A DNA stretch of 41,613 nucleotides from a virus (taxonomy: Duplodnaviria > Caudoviricetes), in IMG/VR virus record IMGVR_UViG_3300021133_000010, positions 1 to 41,613 of that record; one strand, 5' to 3'. Below are positions 1-7,261 of this stretch, in pieces (within the stretch, counting starts at the first letter, position 1; each line of letters opens with the position of its first letter). Below the pieces are notes generated by a model. The model saw nothing but the letters and a program-made list of their open reading frames with translations, was not told the DNA's origin and did not search any database. Both the position numbers and the translations under genes were made by a program.

Positions 1-169
1 TTTGTCAATTGCTCTACGCCGCCCACTAACTCTATAGTGGTGGCGCCTTGGTACCTCCAGTTCTGCCATTGCAGTGAATGGCGTAGGGCATACCATGAGG
101 GGGAGCATGATATACCCTACGCCACTCACCCCAGATGGGGCAAGTGGGTGTTGATGGTTGAGCTATGGG

Positions 170-487
170 TTAACCCTGGAATGCCTTCAACATGGCTCCC
201 AGCACCAACTCCAGTGCTTCACGTGGAGTGTCGTCCACGGGCTCACCGTCAATGCGCTCCACGCGGCTGGTCTCAATGTAGTGGCCAACCTCGTCGAGCT
301 TGATCATGAGACTGCCATTGAGCTCCATGTTGCAGCTCACGAAGCTCTGCCAGATGCCGCGTGGGGCATGTTGCAGGACTCCCTGGTGGACGCCGTCATC
401 ACTGACACGAACACGTGTAAACTTCATGGTGTCGTGGTTCATGATGTAGCGGCTGCCACTCATGGTGTCATAGGTCGAGATGGGCAT
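170..487 (-). CDS. hypothetical protein (105 aa, MPISTYDTMSG...)
   Basis: 3' part of track ORF 170..1012; ATG at 487 is preceded by AAGGAGGGG on the minus strand. Confidence 0.75.
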   Translation of the reverse strand: MPISTYDTMSGSRYIMNHDTMKFTRVRVSDDGVHQGVLQHAPRGIWQSFVSCNMELNGSLMIKLDEVGHYIETSRVERIDGEPVDDTPREALELVLGAMLKAFQG

Positions 488-891
488 GATGCCCCTCCTT
501 GTTTGTAGTGGGCCATGGAATGGCCCGTGGGTAATGAAGGGATGGCTAACCACCCCAGTATGCCCGTTAACAACACACACGATGAACTCGAGTAGACAAC
601 ACAAGAGTTGTGCGTGGTGTGAGCGACTGGACTCGACGTGTATGTCGCTACGTCGTGTCTTGTAGAGACGCTCATCCCCACCGGTGTCACGTGGGGGTTC
701 CATGTACACGACACTGACTGGTAGCCCACCAAGGACCATATCAATGCATGCTAACGGACATACTGCGGTGCTTACACCTGCATCTATGTCAATCTCAATG
801 TGTGCCACCCCTCTCATCAGGGATGACATGTGCTTGCGCACTGTCGAGGCCACGAGTTGCCCCATGACCTCTGCACTGCGCAAACAGTGTA

Positions 892-1056
892 CTACGCGTA
901 CCACCCGTGGGTTATCTGCTCGAGCTGCTCGAGAAGTGCGTTGGCCACGTGCTGTCCTTCGGAATCGGACACGGGCTGCACAGACTCCAGCAACAACTTC
1001 AAGTAGATACACTCACCGTCAGTGAGCGCCAAGTGGTGGATTCTGCCTTCGGGCAT
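892..1056 (-). CDS. hypothetical protein (54 aa, MPEGRIHHLAL...)
   Basis: 3' part of track ORF 892..1311; ATG at 1056 is preceded by AAGGAGGG. Confidence 0.65.
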   Translation of the reverse strand: MPEGRIHHLALTDGECIYLKLLLESVQPVSDSEGQHVANALLEQLEQITHGWYA

Positions 1057-1163
1057 AATGCCCTCCTTGTTGTCTACTGTCCCATCCGGGTGGTGAGACA
1101 TGGGCCCCATGGTCTGACTCGAACAGACTGCATGCCTCTGGCATGGGGCGACGCTGGTGCCGA

Positions 1164-1568
1164 CTAGCCCAGCATCTTGGTGATGGCCTCGCTCAGTGCC
1201 TTGGCACCGGGCATGGTGATCATGCGCGAGATTTGCGTGTCGCTGATGCTCTCGCGCGCGATGCGGCCACCAGACCGCACGGTCAACGTGCCGGGGTTGA
1301 GCTCGGTCCACAGTGCAGTGAAGCCGGCAGCGGCCTTGACGATGTTGCCGTCGACCACGGTCAGCCGTGCCTGGGTGAGCTCAAAGTCCGTCACAAGCCA
1401 GTCACGAGGCTCCTTGCCTTCAGTGGTGAGGTACACCGCTGACTTGAGCTCGGTGAGAGCGGCACGGTCTGCGATGCCGAACTTCTGCTGCAGCTCCGTG
1501 ACCCGATCACGAAGACTCAAGAGAGTCACCATGTCCTGGGTGTTGACCTTGACGTTGTTGCGTGCCAT
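1164..1568 (-). CDS. hypothetical protein (134 aa, MARNNVKVNT...)
   Basis: ATG at 1568 is preceded by AAGGAGG; GC-rich third codon positions. Confidence 0.85.
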   Translation of the reverse strand: MARNNVKVNTQDMVTLLSLRDRVTELQQKFGIADRAALTELKSAVYLTTEGKEPRDWLVTDFELTQARLTVVDGNIVKAAAGFTALWTELNPGTLTVRSGGRIARESISDTQISRMITMPGAKALSEAITKMLG

Positions 1569-1600
1569 AACGGCACCTCCTTGTGGGATTTGTTGTCGAA

Positions 1601-1626
1601 TGTGAGAGATGTTGATAAGTCTCACA
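1601..1626. promoter_or_regulatory. inverted repeat TGTGAGA-N12-TCTCACA upstream of the leftward genes
   Basis: 7-bp perfect arms at 1601-1607 and 1620-1626; operator or hairpin role is inferred. Confidence 0.4.
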
Positions 1627-1670
1627 TGGGCACAGTGAGTGTCCAATGTAAGCTTTCTAAAACCACGAGC

Positions 1671-1753
1671 GGGCCCGGGTGTTTCGTGAACACGGGGTTT
1701 CTCTCTCTTCCGGGGGGCTCGAAAAATCTGCGAAGGGGCCCGGGTGTTTCGTG
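1671..1753. repeat. 18-bp direct repeat GGGCCCGGGTGTTTCGTG (2 copies)
   Basis: identical copies at 1671-1688 and 1736-1753. Confidence 0.9.
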
Positions 1754-1907
1754 GGACAGGGATGAAGAGGCCTCCGTACAGGGTTCTAAGCGGGGCCACG
1801 GGGCAGGACGGAGACTTTTACGGAAACGCCCTCGTCGACTGCATCTCCCGAAGTCTACAGTGCGCCCGCCCTCAATGTATTTACATGCATCGCGTATACC
1901 AGACTAC

Positions 1908-3065
1908 ATGGACTGGAACTCGCGCTATGCCTATTCAGAAGTAGTAGGCGACATTAGCTCTATGCAAGCCACGGGAGGACCTCTAGAGACTTCCCACGTA
2001 AAAGAGCTCGATGACATGGGAGCACACCTTAATTCTCATGCCTACGGCTATACCGGACGTAGTGGGCAGAGTGCTACACAAAGAATGTATGAGGGTGCTG
2101 GCGGCGGAGACCTCGACAATCAAGAGCTACTAGGACAGCAGAGAAGTGCCTACACCCCCGGCGACAACACTGCTGCAGGTCGAGCCGCCAAGCAGATCGC
2201 TCTATTCACGGGCAAGCAATCCTACGGCAGCGACGTAAGGACCAACAAAGGCAAGTATCCGGAATTACATCACTTGATCGAAAACGCCGACTCGTCACAG
2301 ACTCCGGCACTACACCGCGGCATTATTCTGGGCGACAAGACTCACGGTACCACCGATGTTGCAAAATACTTTCGACCAGGCAGTGTCATAAGTTCCGGAG
2401 TCACTAGCACTAGTTCTGATCCGCAACTGGCCAAAGACTGGGTACTCGACGACAAGAGTCGCATCGACAAAGCCAAGTCCACGGGAGACACGAGTCTACT
2501 CGACAGCAAGTATCAGGGCAACCGAGAATTTTCATATGTCAATATGCATTATCCACCCAAGACACAAGGTTTGCAAGTGGCTTCGCTTTCTGCAGTACCC
2601 GAGCACAACGAATATGCCACGGCTGCCGGACAATTCCGGGTGAGTCGCGTAGAAGGACCCGACCAAGAAGGAGTACACCACGTGTACCTAGAACACCACA
2701 ACCCCAATCAAGTCACCGCTACTAACTGGAATACACGTTATTCGTCGGAGATACCAGACATAACACCCGAACAACGTACAACGGCACTTATAAATACACA
2801 TCAGGGCCACATTGACAGTAACGTGGGTCTAGTCAACGGGCTGCACCCGGATCACCCGTTGCGCTCGCACGTAACTGCAGTCAATGACCTACATCGACAA
2901 GCCATAGATGCACATCAGACTGCTGCACAAGACAACACTGCTTCGGCGCCCACTCAACACGCCTTTGCACACGGCCTTAGTAGTGCAGCTCACACTATGC
3001 AGGACTCATTGCGTCCCGGTACACCGTTTATGCAGGGCATGCTCCCCGATAGACCCATCTCCTAG
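1908..3065 (+). CDS. ADP-ribosyltransferase domain protein (R-S-E class) with WNxRYA tag
   Basis: LHRG...TSTSSD...PEHNEY...FRVSRVE motif order; start moved to the ATG of MDWNSRYA because neighbouring genes begin with the same motif. Confidence 0.75.
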   Translation: MDWNSRYAYSEVVGDISSMQATGGPLETSHVKELDDMGAHLNSHAYGYTGRSGQSATQRMYEGAGGGDLDNQELLGQQRSAYTPGDNTAAGRAAKQIALFTGKQSYGSDVRTNKGKYPELHHLIENADSSQTPALHRGIILGDKTHGTTDVAKYFRPGSVISSGVTSTSSDPQLAKDWVLDDKSRIDKAKSTGDTSLLDSKYQGNREFSYVNMHYPPKTQGLQVASLSAVPEHNEYATAAGQFRVSRVEGPDQEGVHHVYLEHHNPNQVTATNWNTRYSSEIPDITPEQRTTALINTHQGHIDSNVGLVNGLHPDHPLRSHVTAVNDLHRQAIDAHQTAAQDNTASAPTQHAFAHGLSSAAHTMQDSLRPGTPFMQGMLPDRPIS

Positions 3066-3078
3066 AACGGAAAAAAAC

Positions 3079-3411
3079 ATGAACTGGAATCTACGCTATG
3101 CTCTAACACGACATGCCAATAAACTGTGTAGTTGCGGTCAAGGAGCCGTTCTGGGTCGCCTGGGTGAGGGACTAGTGAGTGCACTGGACTGGAGAAACTC
3201 GTGCCCTACGGGTGGCCTGGCCTGGCGTGACGCCAACGAGGACGTGCGAGACCACGTGGGGAATCTCAGAGATCTACACCAAAGGGCTTTTGCAACCCAC
3301 ATGGACGCAGAAGGTCACAGCGAAGACGCGCTAAGTCACGTTGGTGCCGCCAACGGCTTTAACACCGAGCACCACAAAGAGACGCCTTTCCCCGAATGGG
3401 GCACTACATGA
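3079..3411 (+). CDS. hypothetical protein with MNWNLRYA tag
   Basis: ATG 14 nt after the upstream stop; shared N-terminal motif. Confidence 0.8.
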   Translation: MNWNLRYALTRHANKLCSCGQGAVLGRLGEGLVSALDWRNSCPTGGLAWRDANEDVRDHVGNLRDLHQRAFATHMDAEGHSEDALSHVGAANGFNTEHHKETPFPEWGTT

Positions 3412-3728
3412 ACTGGAACACGCGCTATGCAATGCCCACGCCTCGAGAGCATCTGGATCAGGGACAGCACGACTACCCGTCATGTCCCAGTTGCAATCAC
3501 CCGGAAGCACTAATGGCCGATCACGTGTTGTCCACGAGACCCGAGAGTACGCTCGGTGACCGACTAATGCACGCTATTTGCAGCACTCATGATGATCAGC
3601 GACCACACGCGTGTCCGCGGTGTGAACAAGAGTGGCACGACTACATAGTCAGCAAAGGCGGCAATCCGCACACGAACCAGCACCACAATAGCGATTCATG
3701 TTCCAAATGCCGTCGAGAGTCAATGTAA
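3408..3728 (+). CDS. Cys/His-rich putative zinc-binding protein with MNWNTRYA tag
   Basis: ATGA overlap with upstream gene; CPSC, HAIC, CPRC, CSKC motifs. Confidence 0.8.
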   Translation: MNWNTRYAMPTPREHLDQGQHDYPSCPSCNHPEALMADHVLSTRPESTLGDRLMHAICSTHDDQRPHACPRCEQEWHDYIVSKGGNPHTNQHHNSDSCSKCRRESM

Positions 3729-3753
3729 CGGAACCCCTGAAACATGGGAGAAA

Positions 3754-5373
3754 GTGGCTCTAAAAAAATTGCCTGTGGCCACTGACCCGGGCGGCCCCTT
3801 GTACACGGGAGATTTTGTGAAGACATTTAATAGTCGTTATGCCGCTGGAGAGTGGGAGGACGCCGAGTCACAGGCTCCTGCTGCTGAACCTGCCAAACCC
3901 GAAACTCCAAAGGCCGTACCGGGACAACCTCTGCGCAGGAACATGTCCACGGAGGACCTCGAGGCCAACCCCGAGCTTGGAACACAGAGAGACCCCAGTC
4001 GCAGACTACGTACACGCAATGACTTGTCTCGGCCCGAAACAGGTACCGGCTATGGACGAGCCAAACTGCCCTGGGAAGACATTACCGAGACCACGTTCCA
4101 CCCGGACACGGGTCAACCCATGGTGGACCTTGCCACTCATCTACATCCCGAGACAGCACTGGCCGAAACCAACAAAGATTTGGCCAATCACTACTTGACC
4201 CACGTACGTGGTCAGGATTGTGGTATCCCCGAATGCCCGGGTCACCAATACGCGGGTCAGGAGCCCAGTGAACTCGCTAAGAGTCACCTGGCTCTAGAAG
4301 ACACCGGTACCGGCAACCTCAGACATGTGCCCGAACTACAGCCCAAGGGTATGTTGGGAGAGACGGCAGCCGAACTATATCCTCTACGACTGACCCAGAA
4401 GCCCGAACACGTGGCACCCGGAGCCAAGCCTGAAGTACATACCGTGCAAAGACTGCTCATGAACCCTTACGGACGAATCCGAGACGGTTTAGGTAAATCT
4501 CTGGAGATCTTAGGTCGTAGCCATAAGACGGAACGAGACGGTACACGCACTCCCTTGTCTCGACCCAATGGAGCTCCCATGGTTGAAGACGTGGCCAGAC
4601 AGATGGGTATGTTGGCCTCTATACGAGGTCGTGGAGCCATGACCATGATGAGTCGTCTAGGTCACATTAACCCGCTTAACCGCATTGTTGCACAAAGAGG
4701 TGAAGGCATCGCTCGCAGAGCCGATGGTAGCCAGGGCAATCCGGGCTCCGGCGGTTCTCGCAACTTCGTGGGTCTTGCCGACGGAGAGAAGCCGTTCCGC
4801 ATTAGCGACAACTTTAGAACTCAAACACGCACCATGGGTGAGCATCTACTCCCGGTATTCGGCAGTGTAGATTCCGTGCGCAATAGAAGTGCTCTAGAAG
4901 GTGTGCCAGTACACAACGATCTATTCGGCAACATCCACCGTATGTGTGCTTGTCCCTATGACACTTTCGTAGGTGGTATTCACGCTGCTAGGAGCATGCT
5001 TCGTCTCAATGAACTGCAAGAGTGTTATCAAGGACGACGACTTGGACAAGACGCAAGCAAAACCGACCACCTATTGCGAGTACTCTTCCCCTTGCACCAC
5101 TACGTAGACCCCAACCTAGGCCCGCGATACCCCATAGACCCTCACGGTCCATTTACCCACGGAGTCAAAAAGCCGTTGCGTGGAGCCACGGCTCGCAAGA
5201 GATCGGCCGGCAAGATTCTAACCAATCATGTTGCGACCACTCTAAGGAACATCGGTACTCCCGTTTCTCGAGGTCAAGAGGCCTACACGGGTGAAACACC
5301 CATCCTCAATCCCTCTGTACAGTTCCAAGATGTACCAGATAGTGACGAAGCACGTAGACTCATGGGTCTCTAG
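3754..5373 (+). CDS. hypothetical protein with FNSRYA tag (alternative start GTG 3817)
   Basis: 539-aa ORF; GGGAG upstream of both candidate starts. Confidence 0.85.
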   Translation: MALKKLPVATDPGGPLYTGDFVKTFNSRYAAGEWEDAESQAPAAEPAKPETPKAVPGQPLRRNMSTEDLEANPELGTQRDPSRRLRTRNDLSRPETGTGYGRAKLPWEDITETTFHPDTGQPMVDLATHLHPETALAETNKDLANHYLTHVRGQDCGIPECPGHQYAGQEPSELAKSHLALEDTGTGNLRHVPELQPKGMLGETAAELYPLRLTQKPEHVAPGAKPEVHTVQRLLMNPYGRIRDGLGKSLEILGRSHKTERDGTRTPLSRPNGAPMVEDVARQMGMLASIRGRGAMTMMSRLGHINPLNRIVAQRGEGIARRADGSQGNPGSGGSRNFVGLADGEKPFRISDNFRTQTRTMGEHLLPVFGSVDSVRNRSALEGVPVHNDLFGNIHRMCACPYDTFVGGIHAARSMLRLNELQECYQGRRLGQDASKTDHLLRVLFPLHHYVDPNLGPRYPIDPHGPFTHGVKKPLRGATARKRSAGKILTNHVATTLRNIGTPVSRGQEAYTGETPILNPSVQFQDVPDSDEARRLMGL

Positions 5374-5402
5374 ACCCAAAACATCACGGATCGGAGGAAG
5401 CC

Positions 5403-5747
5403 TTGCCCAAAAACCGTAAATGCTCGTGTAACGGCAACTGCAAGTGTGGTAAAAACCCCGCAGTCACTTGGAAAGACCTTGCAAAGGTATTCGAGATCCC
5501 GGACCCACAGGAGCAAAAGAGCAAAATGGCTACGACTTACCGTATAACACTCTCGGATAGTGGGACCAGTGACGGTTATTTCCTCAATTTTAGCCGTGAG
5601 ATCAGTATTTTCGAGTTTGTTGAACTATTGCAAACCATTTTTGGCATCGAAGTAGACTTAGGTTACGATGAAACAACCGACGAGACCCTAGAAAACTCTA
5701 GTGTCATACAAGAATTCCTAGACGCTCTCGAGGACGATGACGAATGA
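5403..5747 (+). CDS. hypothetical protein, Cys-rich N-terminus and acidic C-terminus
   Basis: GGAGG before TTG start; CSCNGNCKCG. Confidence 0.75.
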   Translation: MPKNRKCSCNGNCKCGKNPAVTWKDLAKVFEIPDPQEQKSKMATTYRITLSDSGTSDGYFLNFSREISIFEFVELLQTIFGIEVDLGYDETTDETLENSSVIQEFLDALEDDDE

Positions 5748-5872
5748 CCACGGAAAACACCTCGAGATATGCCGTGTTCACTGAGTGCCCACTATGTGAA
5801 ACCGAGCTGATACCTGAGCATGCACACTTCAAGTGCACTAATTGTGGGTGGAGAGACTCTTGCTGTGACTGA
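5744..5872 (+). CDS. 42-aa zinc-ribbon microprotein (not in ORF track)
   Basis: hand translation MTTENTSRYAVFTECPLCETELIPEHAHFKCTNCGWRDSCCD; ATGA overlap with upstream stop. Confidence 0.75.
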   Translation: MTTENTSRYAVFTECPLCETELIPEHAHFKCTNCGWRDSCCD

Positions 5873-6290
5873 TACACCGGCCCACGACACTAACATTACC
5901 CACAAGTACACCGTTCATTACCCGGCCCACCCGCCGCGTGAAGGAGATCCACACTATGTCGACTTCGACGCGTACCGTAGACGCACTCACAAAACTGCTC
6001 AATGTGCCATTGGCCTGCATCGCAATGATTTTAGTGAGTGTGACTCTGAACATCCCCTTGAGCTCCATCATGCCCACGTCGAGTTCAGTCTACAAAACGG
6101 AGTAGACCTCAAGTGGCTCGAAGCCGACTACCCGGGCATCAGTGATCCCGACCACGTAGGAGCCTGGGTCGAGAGTGCCAACAATCTATTGTGGCTATGT
6201 CTATTCCACCATAGAGGCCACGGCGGAGTACACGTGGCTACAGCCAGTGATTTCGAGGCCAGTAAATACGTACGAGGACTACTATCATGA
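5865..6290 (+). CDS. HNH-like (His-Me finger) protein
   Basis: LELHH...NNLLWLCLFHH...GVH pattern; start set to GTG 5865, overlapping the upstream gene end. Confidence 0.6.
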   Translation: MTDTPAHDTNITHKYTVHYPAHPPREGDPHYVDFDAYRRRTHKTAQCAIGLHRNDFSECDSEHPLELHHAHVEFSLQNGVDLKWLEADYPGISDPDHVGAWVESANNLLWLCLFHHRGHGGVHVATASDFEASKYVRGLLS

Positions 6291-6532
6291 ATTGGAACGC
6301 TAGATACGCCGCTGAAACCAAGAACGGTCCTGATATATCAGGCCAATGGGGTGCTCTAGGCAGACTAGAGCCAGACTCCGTAGGCGGTTGGGGCCCCAAA
6401 TTTAGAACAAAGTCACGAGAATGTGGACGTTGTGGAATAGGGCTTAGAGGGAGAGACCAGGAAGTTCCAGAGCACTCCACTTGGGGGAATCTCTGTACTG
6501 ACTGTCACGACGTAGAAAACACGGAGCTCTAA
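6287..6532 (+). CDS. small zinc-finger protein with MNWNARYA tag
   Basis: ATGA overlap; CGRC...CTDC. Confidence 0.8.
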   Translation: MNWNARYAAETKNGPDISGQWGALGRLEPDSVGGWGPKFRTKSRECGRCGIGLRGRDQEVPEHSTWGNLCTDCHDVENTEL

Positions 6533-7261
6533 ATGACCGAAGAACGCGTTATAGGTAAACTCGGTAAACTAGCACCCGCTAGGCCACAAGGTCTACATAT
6601 GCTGGCCTTCTACCAACCGAGTCCTCTACCCAAGGCTCCTGACAAGGTAGACCCGCCTCAAGTAGAGTGGGGTATGCTGGGCAATGACCGCTACGGTGAC
6701 TGTACTTTTGCCGGTATAGCCCACGCTCGTATGGCCGGAGCTACAACACTATCGTTGTCCGAGACATTGCCTACTGAACAAGAGGTCATTGATGCCTACT
6801 TGGCCTATACCAATGGGCAAGACACGGGTGCAGTAGAAGCCGACTTGCTAAAATACTGGCAAAACAATAAGATTTTCGGTAGTATCTTGGCTGCATTTGC
6901 ACCCACTGATCATGCCGATTTTGATGAGTTACGCAGTGTAATTGCCGCCTATGGACTAGTTTACATAGGTGTACAACTGCCAAACACCTATCAAAATCAA
7001 TTTATCAACAATGAACCATGGGATTTGACGGGTACACCTGCAGACAACCAAATCGAAGGTGGACATTGTATAATACTAGTTGGCTATGACGTAGACTATG
7101 CCTACGCCGTTACCTGGGGCAAGATCCAGAAGATCACCTGGCGCTGGCTACAAAGCTACATGGAAGAAAGTTGGGCTCTAATCACGCCCGAAATCGTACT
7201 AGCCGGACATTCCGGCTCACTGCGACTAGAAGAACTCATGACCGATATAGGACGACTCTAA
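6533..7261 (+). CDS. papain-like (clan CA) cysteine peptidase
   Basis: GNDRYGDCTFA (catalytic Cys), GGHCIILVGYD (catalytic His), VTWG. Confidence 0.75.
   Translation: MTEERVIGKLGKLAPARPQGLHMLAFYQPSPLPKAPDKVDPPQVEWGMLGNDRYGDCTFAGIAHARMAGATTLSLSETLPTEQEVIDAYLAYTNGQDTGAVEADLLKYWQNNKIFGSILAAFAPTDHADFDELRSVIAAYGLVYIGVQLPNTYQNQFINNEPWDLTGTPADNQIEGGHCIILVGYDVDYAYAVTWGKIQKITWRWLQSYMEESWALITPEIVLAGHSGSLRLEELMTDIGRL

Noticed and set aside
170-1012. 280-aa minus-strand ORF as a single gene
   Set aside because: It overlaps the SD-supported 892..1056 gene; only the part from ATG 487 has an SD. Coding status of 505-890 is unresolved.
1671-1753. CRISPR mini-array
   Set aside because: Only two 18-bp copies and no cas genes in the window.
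1581-1907. N-terminal 109 aa of track ORF 1581..3065 and the 5' extension of 1164..1799
   Set aside because: Both run through the repeat-containing divergent region; better starts exist at 1908 and 1568.
5865-6290. Intron-encoded homing endonuclease
   Set aside because: The ORF is tightly coupled to both neighbours and no interrupted gene or intron structure is visible.
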